DNA of 64,000 nucleotides from Parachlamydiales bacterium (GTDB taxonomy: Bacteria; Chlamydiota; Chlamydiia; Chlamydiales; JAJFMK01): the NCBI GenBank assembly GCA_963765145.1, contig CAVXVG010000026.1, forward strand, positions 96,001 through 160,000, in the 5' to 3' direction. Each line of letters begins with the position of its first letter. Position 1 is the first letter of the stretch. Shown one piece after another: positions 1-9,561 of the stretch. A model generated the notes under the pieces. It saw only the letters and a program-made list of their open reading frames with translations. It was not told the origin of the DNA and ran no database searches. The position numbers and the translations under genes are program-made.

Positions 1-872
1 TCCATTTCACCGGCCCTTCTAGATTAGGGAAAAAATGTATTGCCTTACAGTATGCCATGAAGCTAAGAGGTGAGGGGAGTCGGGAGCAAGTTCAGGTCTT
101 GAAAGGGGAACATCCTGACGTGACCCTCTTTTCTCCGGAAGGGAAGACGGCTCTCCATTCGGTCGATACGATACGCGATTTGATCGATAAATGTCGGCAA
201 CCACCCTATCAAGGCCCTTTCCGTATTTTGATTGTGGATGGAGCTGACCGGATGCAAGGGGTTTCTAGCAATACGTTGTTAAAAAGTCTTGAAGAGCCCC
301 TGAAAACGACCTTCATCTTTTTAATTTCAGAGAGAAAAGAGAGGATGTTGCCCACCATTCTTTCTAGAGCCATTGAGATTTCGTTTTCCCCTATTCCAAA
401 AGAGACCTTATTAAAAGAGGTTGGTCAGCCTTTGCCTGTTGCTCTTGCGCGAGGTTCCTATTCAAGGGCAAAAGAGTATGCGACAAATGGTTTGCCGGTA
501 TGGCGCGAATTGCTTGTTAATCTTTTGTCATCAAACCAGGAGCAAACCTACTTTATGTTTCGTGAAGCGATTAAACAGCTTGTCGAGCCGATTATCGCTT
601 TAAAAGAAGAAACGCCCATGCAGTTTTTTGAGACGGTTCATGAGCTTTTTGAGGCGGTGCTCAGCTGGCATCGAGACCTTCACTTGCTGCGTGAAGGGGC
701 ACCCTCCCACTTGCTTGCTTTCCCCGATCACCTAATCTCGTTAGAAAGAGCTTTAGAGCAAGGAAACATTGCTCCTTTACAGCTGTTGCTGGATAAAACA
801 GAAAAGGCCCATTTAGCCATCGACCGCTCCGGCTCGCTTGCCACCACCCTCGAATCCCTCTGCCTCAATTAA
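1..872 (+). CDS. holB: DNA polymerase III delta' subunit (5' end outside window)
   Basis: Frame is open from the window edge (HFTGPSRLGK, Walker A-like); clamp-loader motifs HPD, IVDGADRM, NTLLKSLEEP, LPTILSR. Confidence 0.9.
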   Translation, partial: HFTGPSRLGKKCIALQYAMKLRGEGSREQVQVLKGEHPDVTLFSPEGKTALHSVDTIRDLIDKCRQPPYQGPFRILIVDGADRMQGVSSNTLLKSLEEPLKTTFIFLISERKERMLPTILSRAIEISFSPIPKETLLKEVGQPLPVALARGSYSRAKEYATNGLPVWRELLVNLLSSNQEQTYFMFREAIKQLVEPIIALKEETPMQFFETVHELFEAVLSWHRDLHLLREGAPSHLLAFPDHLISLERALEQGNIAPLQLLLDKTEKAHLAIDRSGSLATTLESLCLN

Positions 873-896
873 GCAATCAACGATTCAAACGATGTA

Positions 897-1088
897 ATGA
901 TAAGAACGATGGAAGAAGATCAGACACATTTTTCAGAAATTGCGCAGGGACGGGAGCCTGTTGTTAAAGTGAACCCAGTTCAAGAAGATCCAAAGTGCTA
1001 TTTTGGGATTTTAAAGGGGAACATAGAAATTGCACCTGATTTCGATGAGCCCCTCTCTGATGAGCTCGTTTTAGATTTTGAGAATTAA
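897..1088 (+). CDS. Small antitoxin-like protein (VapB/Phd type), possibly degenerate
   Basis: C-terminal FGILKGNIEIAPDFDEPL is typical of antitoxins preceding PIN toxins; TAATG overlap with the next ORF. Confidence 0.65.
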   Translation: MIRTMEEDQTHFSEIAQGREPVVKVNPVQEDPKCYFGILKGNIEIAPDFDEPLSDELVLDFEN

Positions 1089-1243
1089 TGGTTAAGCGTC
1101 GATCTTGCGTTAAGATTGCTGATATTCACCGTGACCCTTTTGACCGGATGCTTATCGCTCAAGCTATTTCTGAACCTCTTATTCTCCTGACTGCAGATAA
1201 AGTACTAACGTCCTATTCAGACTTTGTCCATCTAGCAGATTAA
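1088..1243 (+). pseudogene. Truncated PIN-domain (VapC) toxin remnant, 51 aa
   Basis: Hand translation MVKRRSCVKIADIHRDPFDRMLIAQAISEPLILLTADK...; HRDPFDRMLIAQA is the VapC C-terminal motif, the N-terminal LLDT part is missing. Confidence 0.8.
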
Positions 1244-1268
1244 CGCATAAATAATTCGTAATACCAAT

Positions 1269-1313
1269 ATAAGTCAAAGCTAAACAGGAGCTTAGAACTC
1301 CAAATGCTTCGCG
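1269..1313. repeat. Family A palindrome, half copy
   Basis: ataagtcaaagctaaacaggagcttagaactccaaatgc matches part of the loop and one arm of the 47609-47704 element. Confidence 0.8.
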
Positions 1314-1382
1314 TATCTTCCTCTGTAAAATTAATGTTTTATTAACAAATATCGGTAAAAATAAGGTCGTCAGGAGGTTGAT

Positions 1383-2408
1383 ATGAACCTACGGATACCG
1401 GACGATGCTACTCAGGTTTGGGGTGCAATAAATGAGTTAAAAACGAAAGATCAATTATCGAAACTTTCTACTTCAGATTTAAAAATTGTAGCGTCTGCTT
1501 TGAAAACATTGATTAGGGGCGAAAAACTAACAGACTCTGTGAAGGGAAGGGTTTTAGACATAGCTAGTGATATAGATGAGGGTTCCTCCTCTGAATCTTC
1601 TCTCGGAAAAACAGTGAGTGGGTTTGACAGCGTGTTTCGTCCGGGCCACCAAGAAGAAGCTAAAGAAAAAATTTTGGGTAAAATCGCAACTAGGTTAGAG
1701 ATTGTTAACAACGCTCAGTTGTTAAAAGTTCTCGAAAACAATTTAACAAAGCCGATTTTTTCAACTAGCTCCTTTTACACATTAGATGTGGCGGAGCAAA
1801 AAAATGTGATGAAAAAACGAATTCAACAATTAAACCATCTGCCCGATTCAGAAAGAAAGCAGTATGAAGAGTACATGACGCTATTGCGCGGTTCTCCCCC
1901 AAGAACCGAAGATGAGAAGAAAAAATTTCAAAAGATTGAATCTGCTCTTCCTATGTTTCGGTCAGCAGAAAAAGAAAACATTGCTCTCAATAGTGTGGAA
2001 ACAACAATTAAAGGCCTTAAAGCCGGTGATCGAAATGCTTTAAAAGCACTTAACCTGGACAGATCGGCAACACCGGATGAGGAGATATTGGATGAATTAA
2101 AAACCTTGCACAAAGACATGCAAACTTTTGAAAGGGATCTTGAAAAAATGGCGACACCGGAAGGAAAAAAAGAAACGCTGGAAAGTTTATTGGAGCGTTA
2201 TAAACAGGCCGAAATTTCATTAGAACCGTTTGCTGGCAATCCACAAATAGCCTCTACATTTAGCACTGTTTTAAAAACAGAAGCCAGGCTGATCAATTTA
2301 ACTTCGAAAGATGCTGGCAGTGAATCGACAGGCACAAAAGCCCAAGTTGCCACTCTTATGGAAAGAGCTGCCGTCTGGGATCGTTATGTCGCTTTCTCAA
2401 AAGAATAA
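1383..2408 (+). CDS. Hypothetical helical protein, effector-like
   Basis: 341-aa ORF with AGGAGG RBS; C-terminus resembles part of 4000..5898. Confidence 0.8.
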   Translation: MNLRIPDDATQVWGAINELKTKDQLSKLSTSDLKIVASALKTLIRGEKLTDSVKGRVLDIASDIDEGSSSESSLGKTVSGFDSVFRPGHQEEAKEKILGKIATRLEIVNNAQLLKVLENNLTKPIFSTSSFYTLDVAEQKNVMKKRIQQLNHLPDSERKQYEEYMTLLRGSPPRTEDEKKKFQKIESALPMFRSAEKENIALNSVETTIKGLKAGDRNALKALNLDRSATPDEEILDELKTLHKDMQTFERDLEKMATPEGKKETLESLLERYKQAEISLEPFAGNPQIASTFSTVLKTEARLINLTSKDAGSESTGTKAQVATLMERAAVWDRYVAFSKE

Positions 2409-2441
2409 AACCTGAAAATAGAATCCACCAGGTCTCTGATC

Positions 2442-3251
2442 TTACTTTTCAGGGTTTAAGAGGCTTTTGATCGGTTCACCCTTACGGTAAAGATCATTCA
2501 TCGAGGCTTGGGCTTGGGGGAAAATGATGATTTCGGCGATGTTGACGTGAGGTGGCCGTGTTAAGCAATAGCAAACGGCGTCTGCGATGTCGTCAGCGAC
2601 TAGTGGATCAAAACCTTCGTACAATTTCTTGGCCCGTTCTTTGTCTTTCCACCTGACTTCACTAAATTCAGTTTCAACAGCTCCCGGATCCACTTCACTG
2701 ACTCGAAGGGCAGATCCCATCAGGTCTATGCGCATCGATTGGCTGATGGCTTTAACAGCATGTTTTGTCGCAGAGTAAACATTACCTGCCCGATAGGTTC
2801 CGTGACCAGCAATTGAGCCGATGTTGACAACATGACCTCGATTTCTCCTCACCATGGAGGGGAGAAAAGCCCTTGTCACATACAATAACCCCTTGATATT
2901 GGTGTCGATCATCGTATCCCAATTTTTGACATCAGCCTCTTGCATCAAGTCGGTGGTCAGGGCAAGGCCAGCATTGTTAATCAAGATATCGATTTCAATT
3001 TTTTTACTATCAAGCGTTTTGAGAGTTTCTAGAACCTGCTCATGACTTTGTACATCAAGTTGAACAGGAAAGACCTTTACACCATGTTTTGCAGAAAGTT
3101 CTTCTCCGATTTTTTCTATCCTTTCAAGTCTTCTTGCGGCAATAACCAAATTTACACCAAGTGCAGCCAGCTGTTCTGCGCAAGCTTTGCCTATTCCGCT
3201 GGATGCCCCGGTTACCAATGCAGTTTGCCCGGCAATTGAAGATCTTTTCAT
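2442..3251 (-). CDS. SDR oxidoreductase, YdfG-like
   Basis: TGASSGIG, NNAG, YSATK, PGAVETEFSEVR, PPHVNI. Confidence 0.92.
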   Translation of the reverse strand: MKRSSIAGQTALVTGASSGIGKACAEQLAALGVNLVIAARRLERIEKIGEELSAKHGVKVFPVQLDVQSHEQVLETLKTLDSKKIEIDILINNAGLALTTDLMQEADVKNWDTMIDTNIKGLLYVTRAFLPSMVRRNRGHVVNIGSIAGHGTYRAGNVYSATKHAVKAISQSMRIDLMGSALRVSEVDPGAVETEFSEVRWKDKERAKKLYEGFDPLVADDIADAVCYCLTRPPHVNIAEIIIFPQAQASMNDLYRKGEPIKSLLNPEK

Positions 3252-3350
3252 TTAGACAGCCTTTCTTTAAACTCGGCATCTTATGATGTGTAATATTTAC
3301 AAAACAAGACGTCGTAAACCTTGCCATCAAACAAATAATTTTTTCGCTTT

Positions 3351-3796
3351 AGCGTTTGGAGTGTTAAACTCCTGAGACACTTGCAAAAATCAGAATGAAC
3401 TCTGGTAAAGCTCTTAACATCTCTTAAGGGCTTTTGGTAACAATATAAAAATAACAGGATGAACAAGATGAACAGGATAAGCTCTGCCTGCATTCTATTT
3501 TTTTATCATGTCTATCATGTTTATCCTCTTAATCATGTATTTTCTATTACGTTACAAGAAACATGATAGATGGGATATGCATGATAGACATGATAAAAAA
3601 ATAGAATGCAGGCAGAGCTTATCCTGTCGCCGTAGGCGATCCTGTTCATCCTGTTATTTTTATAGGAAGCTTTTCCTTAGGTTAATGCAATGCATGTGGG
3701 CCTATTTCGGTCTGAATTTTGCAAGTATCTCTCCTGTTTAGCTTTGACTTATCAGTGAAAGTGAAAGGCTAAACGGGCTCAGGAGCACTCCAAACG
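3351..3796. repeat. Nested palindrome complex: family A interrupted by family B, which contains nonamer palindromes D and E
   Basis: A left arm 3351-3373 resumes at 3732-3796; see findings. Confidence 0.85.
3374..3731. mobile_element. MITE-like element, family B copy 1
   Basis: Terminal IRs gagacacttgcaaaa / ttttgcaagtatctc, flanked by direct repeat TCCT (3370-3373, 3732-3735). Confidence 0.75.
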
Positions 3797-3805
3797 AGCT
3801 GCGGA

Positions 3806-3997
3806 CTAAAACAAGGGGCTTTCATCGAACAGATTTAGGTCTTTGATGGCATTCTCATCAGAGGCGTTCTCTTTTGCCACATCCTCTTGGATAGGCTCCA
3901 ATTTGATCCCTTGACGTTCGTCTTCTGCCAATGCCTCTAGCACCGCATTCATCAAAGGGTCGGGCGCAGGATGATCGAAATTTGGAAGATTGCTCAT
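3806..3997 (-). CDS. Small acidic hypothetical protein
   Basis: ATG at 3997 with GAGGTG RBS, directly after the stop of 4000..5898. Confidence 0.55.
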   Translation of the reverse strand: MSNLPNFDHPAPDPLMNAVLEALAEDERQGIKLEPIQEDVAKENASDENAIKDLNLFDESPLF

Positions 3998-3999
3998 GC

Positions 4000-5898
4000 T
4001 CACCTCTTTATTTCCCAAAGGCTTTTATTTTGGTTATGAAGGTCAACTTGCGCTTGTATTTTCGCGTCTGTTGCCTCTGGCATGCCAGCTTGTAGCACTT
4101 TTGTTGTGAGTGCAACGTCCTTGTCTTCAGCAGTTTTTGCTGCAAGAAAGTTCTTTGCTTCTTGGATGCCGGCATCGCTTAAAATGCGAAGGCGTACTCT
4201 AACATCAGGCGTTACATTTCTTATGATGCCAACTGCAGCATTGCCTGCTTCTTCAGATCCCATTCTGAATAGGTTATAAAGCCCTTGAAACCCTCTGCCC
4301 CCTCCAGCATCTTTATAAGCTCGAAGTGCCATGGCACCTGCAAATCTGAATTCTTCTGATTTTTTTGGGTTAGTTGGGTCTGCTTTAAGATCTTTGGCTG
4401 CAAGGTGCATCTGTTTTTCATAAAGAGCACCCATGGCTAAATAAGCATCCTGCTTCTGTTCTTTAAGGCTCGTTTGTTCCAGTGACGCTTCTGCAAAACC
4501 TATCGCTTTTTCAAGAGTGGCTTTCCGTTTTTCCGGAGTTGACCAATCGCCATAGCTAAAATAGAGGTCGGCAACGATCAGCCCTCCAAGCGTGTTACCC
4601 CGGTCAGCTGCATACCTGGCCCACAGCATGGCCTTTTCTTCTAGCTGATGAGCAGCAGTCATTTCTCCTGTCAGTTCAGCCTTTTCAAGGCCACCATCTT
4701 CTGCAAGAGCGCTTTTAATGGCATCCGTTAATTTCATCCCGTTAGCTATTTTAGCGTTCACATCGAGAACAAACGGATCGGGAGGAGTGGTTTTTTCGTT
4801 TAGATAGTAGTGCTTAAGTGCCAGAGCGGGGATTTTCTGCTCATGGACATAGTGGGCATGGTCTTTTAGATCACGCGCATATTGACCTGCATAATGGGGA
4901 TTTTTGAGAAACGGCTTAAGGTTATTTTCTAACTTAGTAAAACGTGCATCGATGTCATTAATCTTGGCTTCCAGATCCCAAGTCACATTAACCGGTTTGG
5001 CAGCCAGAGCATCCCGATCCAGATGCCCATGAACTGTTTGGGAGACATTACTGCTACTTAATGCGAAAGCATCAGCCCTTTCTAACGTCTCGTTTAACGT
5101 GTCTCTTTCCCCCCGTAGCTCTGTCTGTTGCGAATTTCTTCTCCCTTGATCAATGACGCCAAGACCTACATTTTTGAAAAAGCCGCGCGACATGCCTGCT
5201 TCCGACATAGCTTTAGAATCTTTCTTTGTAAATTCCGCTACGTTTGCATCCTTAATTTTACCACCCTCTAAATATCTTCCCTTCAAAAACTCTTCCGCAC
5301 CTGCTACTTTTTCATCGGTTGTTTTCACTTCTTTTTTCTTAAAGAAATCTTTAAAAATGCTCTTAGCTTTACCAGCTGCGCTTATTTCCTTTTGCACATG
5401 TGTTTGTACTGTTGCGGGAGCAGCTGGCTCTTCTGCGACTGATGGTGTTGCCGTAGGAGTGGTATGTGGTGCCTGAGGAATGGTATTGGTTTGTGTTTCT
5501 GCGAGTGTGCCGGGAGGAATAGGTGTTCCGCGCAGAAGAGCAGATCTTTCAGCCTCTCGTGCTTGCAATCTCGCCTCTCTTTGCGGATCAGGCGTAGGTT
5601 CGTCTCCTTTTGAGAACTCCTCAACCTGAGCGTCAGTTAGTTCAGCCATTTGCCCTGCGTACTTCACTTCCAACTCTTCAAACACTTTGAATTCATGATT
5701 ATTCAAGGTGAGACTAGATTCTGTAGCTTGATTGTGATGCTTTAGAACTTTTATTAATACATCCTGCTGAGCTGAAGTTAATTCATTAAAATGTTCATAG
5801 ACTGCATCGTTGTCGAGACCTTTAGTTTGTTCTACATATCCTTTAGAAACTGCTTCTGTACGGGGATTAAAACCACCTGTATTCCCTGCAACGCTCAT
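4000..5898 (-). CDS. Hypothetical protein, effector-like, with helical TPR/Sel1-like C-terminus
   Basis: 632-aa ORF; Pro/Thr-rich linker; segments such as AYLAMGALYEK. Confidence 0.8.
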   Translation of the reverse strand: MSVAGNTGGFNPRTEAVSKGYVEQTKGLDNDAVYEHFNELTSAQQDVLIKVLKHHNQATESSLTLNNHEFKVFEELEVKYAGQMAELTDAQVEEFSKGDEPTPDPQREARLQAREAERSALLRGTPIPPGTLAETQTNTIPQAPHTTPTATPSVAEEPAAPATVQTHVQKEISAAGKAKSIFKDFFKKKEVKTTDEKVAGAEEFLKGRYLEGGKIKDANVAEFTKKDSKAMSEAGMSRGFFKNVGLGVIDQGRRNSQQTELRGERDTLNETLERADAFALSSSNVSQTVHGHLDRDALAAKPVNVTWDLEAKINDIDARFTKLENNLKPFLKNPHYAGQYARDLKDHAHYVHEQKIPALALKHYYLNEKTTPPDPFVLDVNAKIANGMKLTDAIKSALAEDGGLEKAELTGEMTAAHQLEEKAMLWARYAADRGNTLGGLIVADLYFSYGDWSTPEKRKATLEKAIGFAEASLEQTSLKEQKQDAYLAMGALYEKQMHLAAKDLKADPTNPKKSEEFRFAGAMALRAYKDAGGGRGFQGLYNLFRMGSEEAGNAAVGIIRNVTPDVRVRLRILSDAGIQEAKNFLAAKTAEDKDVALTTKVLQAGMPEATDAKIQAQVDLHNQNKSLWEIKR

Positions 5899-6035
5899 AA
5901 GAACTCCTCTGATTTCATTATCAACATTTTAATTAAAATGTTGATAATGGAGGATTAAGAATAGGTGAAGCCGACCCTGCATGGCTGGATAAATGAATTT
6001 ACTCGAAATGATCTCTTTGCATACAAAGAGATGCT

Positions 6036-7166
6036 ATGGAAGCTCCGTTTGGGTTGCCCCTCGAATGGGCTGAAAGTGTTCAAAAAGCAAAGGATGGGGG
6101 AGAGCTCTATCAGCAGACAAAAGGCTCACCTAACAGGTTCGTCCTTTTTTCGGCCGCCATTGATGACCCTAATTGGACAGAAGGGCAAGGTCAAGCCTTT
6201 GTCCGCAAAATGTTAGAAGAGTGGAAGACTAAGGAAACTGCTCCTGCTGGTGTAGCCGCATCGGTCTCGGCAAACATTTCTCATTTGCAGCCTCTTTTAC
6301 CTGAAACCCTTGAGCTTGTTGTTGATGGGAAGGTAGAGTCCGTTTTCCCCCTACTTTTTCAAGTAGGTGGAGGGGATTGGTTTTCTGGACTTTATCGTTC
6401 TTTTGCCATCAATGAAGACAAGCCTATCCCCCTTTCTGGCATCAATAAAACGTTGTTTTTGCTGCTAAAAGAATTTTTCTACACCGGAAAAGTCGAATCG
6501 CTGTGGAAAGCAGAGATTGAACCGATCGAACAGCTACATTCTTTTGCAGAAAAGAATGGGTTGAAAAACCTCTCTGAATATGTTTTTCGAACATTCAAAA
6601 ACTATCTCAAGGAAGAAACGCTGGCCGGAATGTTGACTAAAGCCATGAAAGAGCGTTCTTGGCTATTTGCAGAGGAACTTTGCGAGTTGATCAACAAAAG
6701 ATTCACAGGGGCAACCATTGAGCTAGAAGGAAAGGGGCTGAAGGTTACATTAGGAGAAAGATTTTCTGAAGAGATCCTCTTTTTCAAGGAGCATATCAAA
6801 GTACTTATAGCCGAAGATGCAACGAACGTTCCGAAAGAGCTGATAAAAAATCTCATCGCACTAAAACTATCCGGACTTAATACCCCGGAGCAGCTCAAAG
6901 GATCGCCTCCGAATCAACTGGAAAAGCTCGACCTTTCAGACACGCTGTGGGGGTGGGAGCTTTTACAGGCTTGGTCGACCCATTTGCCCCATCTTCGAAC
7001 CCTTCTCATGTCAAAAACGCCTCCGATTCCGCCCGACGTATGGCCTTCTCTTGAAAACCTGAAGTCGGTGACCGAGATCGATCTGACCTACCAGCCGGAA
7101 CCTACCCCGGTGTTTCTCGATCTACTCCGCGCCACCTTCCCTCGTATCGAGAAGATCAATATCTAA
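6036..7166 (+). CDS. BTB/POZ-like plus leucine-rich-repeat protein
   Basis: LELVVDG...IPLSGINKTLFLLLKEFFYTGKV is BTB-like; LEKLDLS, LRTLLMS, VTEIDLT are LRR-like. Confidence 0.7.
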   Translation: MEAPFGLPLEWAESVQKAKDGGELYQQTKGSPNRFVLFSAAIDDPNWTEGQGQAFVRKMLEEWKTKETAPAGVAASVSANISHLQPLLPETLELVVDGKVESVFPLLFQVGGGDWFSGLYRSFAINEDKPIPLSGINKTLFLLLKEFFYTGKVESLWKAEIEPIEQLHSFAEKNGLKNLSEYVFRTFKNYLKEETLAGMLTKAMKERSWLFAEELCELINKRFTGATIELEGKGLKVTLGERFSEEILFFKEHIKVLIAEDATNVPKELIKNLIALKLSGLNTPEQLKGSPPNQLEKLDLSDTLWGWELLQAWSTHLPHLRTLLMSKTPPIPPDVWPSLENLKSVTEIDLTYQPEPTPVFLDLLRATFPRIEKINI

Positions 7167-7255
7167 AACCCATTATTAAAAAACTAATATATATGGTTTG
7201 ACTTGCTTAAAAGATAAATGTAAAATGAATACTTATTATTTATTAAGGTGTTTTT

Positions 7256-8740
7256 ATGTCTTCGTTTGGTTTTTTTAGAGCAAGAACAAGCTCATCAAAT
7301 TTGCTCACTCAAGAAGTGAATAATCCGAAGAAAAGGCAAGAAAAGCTGTTTGCTTTTATTAAACTTTTCGATAAAAACCAAGTGCCGAAAGACAGTCATC
7401 GTTTGTTTAGTGTTAAGACCTTTTATGACATCGCTCAGGCGCTTGAAGAAAAGCCAAACGATGAGACCAAAGCAAAAGTCTTGGGCATAGTGAAAATGTT
7501 GCAAAAGGCAAATGCCGTTTCATTTGTTGAGGTTAACCACTTTGATGAACCCTCTTCGCTTGAGCAATTCATTGCATCTCCTCAACCGGAAGCTTGTGAA
7601 GCCAGATTGCTAGATGCTATAGAGCGCATTGAAACAATTTTAAAAACCAGGGCATTTCGAGAAAATAGTCCATTGAGTCTTGTGAAGACATCTTTAATAT
7701 CCATCGGGATGGAATTTTTAAATGTAGAGCTTGAATTAGATTATTTAAAGAAAAAGAGAATAGATATTGACGTCGTATCAATCAAATATTTAGAGATGAG
7801 AGAGAAAGTTTCAGGAGCGGTAAAACACCATTTTAGAAAAGATGCTACAGAATTTTCTGCTATGAAAAATCGAGCTTCGCGAGGATGGCAAAAAGCGGTG
7901 TTCGTTATTTCAGGCGATCTTGGATTAGTTAGTTATTCTAGGCCAACTTCCGTCCAGCAGCCTGCATCTGGTATTAACAAAGACCGACTTAGCTCCAATG
8001 CCGGTTTATTCCTGCGGTGGGATGCCATTGTTGATAAAGAGGGAAGCCCCGAAGAGTATCTCAAAGACCTTTTAGGATTTTATGAATCTGCAAAAGAGTG
8101 GGAAGGTTATAAAGAGCTAACCTCAGAACATTTTATAAAAGCGATTCAAGGAGCTCTTAAGGTTAAAGAGGGGAGAGAGCCACTTCGATTGATGATCAGC
8201 GATCTTTACCAAAGAGATTTGCTCTCCTTTGAAGGACGTCTTCCACAAAGTCCGGAACAAGATGCATTATTTGCTAGCCGCAGTAGAGGCGGAACCATCT
8301 TCCAGTCTCAGATAGCAGAATCGGCGCTCGAGCAAATTCTGACCGATCCAGGTGAAGTCAGAAATCTGTTTGATAAAACACTAGAGCAGTTGTGGGACTT
8401 GACAGAAACTTTTTCCAACAAATTAGCGTTAGGAACCGCAGATCCATTTTTGCCTCAACTAGGCGCACATCTTTTTTCTTTAGATGTTTTTCATGCCTTT
8501 TTGCAGACTCAAGGAGAGGAGAAGTTAGAAGGAGTTCAAGATGCATCAAGTGTTTTTGTCAATAACCTCACTGACATTGTAGACGTATATAAAGACTCTC
8601 TTCCAATGTCGACTGAAGATACTTCGAAAGAAGTTCGACGCGTTTTATCTTTAATATCAGTGCATAATGAGACAACCGATACTCCACCTCAAACTCCAAT
8701 GCAAGCAATTAAAGCTAGCTTGCACGAAGGTTCATTGTAG
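7256..8740 (+). CDS. Hypothetical protein
   Basis: 494-aa ORF with Ser-rich N-terminus; no motif recognised. Confidence 0.75.
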   Translation: MSSFGFFRARTSSSNLLTQEVNNPKKRQEKLFAFIKLFDKNQVPKDSHRLFSVKTFYDIAQALEEKPNDETKAKVLGIVKMLQKANAVSFVEVNHFDEPSSLEQFIASPQPEACEARLLDAIERIETILKTRAFRENSPLSLVKTSLISIGMEFLNVELELDYLKKKRIDIDVVSIKYLEMREKVSGAVKHHFRKDATEFSAMKNRASRGWQKAVFVISGDLGLVSYSRPTSVQQPASGINKDRLSSNAGLFLRWDAIVDKEGSPEEYLKDLLGFYESAKEWEGYKELTSEHFIKAIQGALKVKEGREPLRLMISDLYQRDLLSFEGRLPQSPEQDALFASRSRGGTIFQSQIAESALEQILTDPGEVRNLFDKTLEQLWDLTETFSNKLALGTADPFLPQLGAHLFSLDVFHAFLQTQGEEKLEGVQDASSVFVNNLTDIVDVYKDSLPMSTEDTSKEVRRVLSLISVHNETTDTPPQTPMQAIKASLHEGSL

Positions 8741-9443
8741 ATAGAATCACTTCGTAGGGAGGAGTAGGGAGCCTATCGAGGTCGAAAAGTTGGATCTCAA
8801 GAAGGGGAGTAGAAGCCCCTTTTTGAGGCATTCCAATAGTGGCTGTCCCTTTATAAACAGCAGAGGCGGTTTTTAAAAGGGCTGCGTATGTTCCGAAAGG
8901 AGGCGTAACAAGACCCTCCAAAGAAAAATTGTGTGTAGGAAAAAACAGGCTATAAGGCCTTCCTAGCATAGTTGTTGCTTTTGCTAAATCGCCCGCTTCG
9001 ATCAATTTTCTGATTCTTCCGCTGGATATTGGTTCCCCCTCTTTAAGGACAGGGGGAACTTCGATGACTTCGATATTTCGCTGTTCGAGGTACTGCTTGA
9101 TGAAGCTTGGGGTGCCGGCCCTTCCCTTGCCAATGTGGTTGTCGTAACCTAAAATGAATTGCTCTAGCCCTTGTGCGATAAGCTGGTCTAAAAACTCTTC
9201 TGCCGTGATTCCCTTGATCGATTCGAATGTGACCGGGACGACGTTGTGGCCAAACGATTCTATCAGTCGGATGCGGTGTTCAAGAGGGCAAAGAAGAGGA
9301 AATGAGCGGGGATGTGTTGAAAAAGTTAGCACAACCCCTTTTCCTTTAGTCGTCAACGCATTCAGCAATGCTTGGTGGCCCAAGTGGACTCCATCGAATA
9401 CACCGATAGCTAAATGAGTTGGGGAGTGGGGGAAAGGTATCAT
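8715..9443 (-). CDS. ribF: FAD synthetase / riboflavin kinase, kinase domain shortened
   Basis: IGVFDGVHLGHQ, ISSGRIR, LGRPY; lies downstream of truB. Confidence 0.88.
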   Translation of the reverse strand: MIPFPHSPTHLAIGVFDGVHLGHQALLNALTTKGKGVVLTFSTHPRSFPLLCPLEHRIRLIESFGHNVVPVTFESIKGITAEEFLDQLIAQGLEQFILGYDNHIGKGRAGTPSFIKQYLEQRNIEVIEVPPVLKEGEPISSGRIRKLIEAGDLAKATTMLGRPYSLFFPTHNFSLEGLVTPPFGTYAALLKTASAVYKGTATIGMPQKGASTPLLEIQLFDLDRLPTPPYEVILSTMNLRAS

Positions 9444-9561
9444 TTTTTAATCTCCCCAAAGAATATAGAGGATGCCCGCCTCTTTCAACTGGCATCTTGC
9501 CTAAGGCAGGTTTTATCTATAAGATTTACGTTTCTTTAAGGCAAGTTACGAAAGAGATCTA

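Noticed and set aside
3281..3741. ORFs 3281..3493 and 3508..3741
   Set aside because: They lie in the nested palindrome; the low-complexity peptides (ILFILFILL, HDRHD) come from nonamer repeats
5965..6216. 83-aa ORF as a frameshifted N-terminus of the BTB-LRR gene
   Set aside because: No motif support; the ATG at 6036 gives a plausible complete protein
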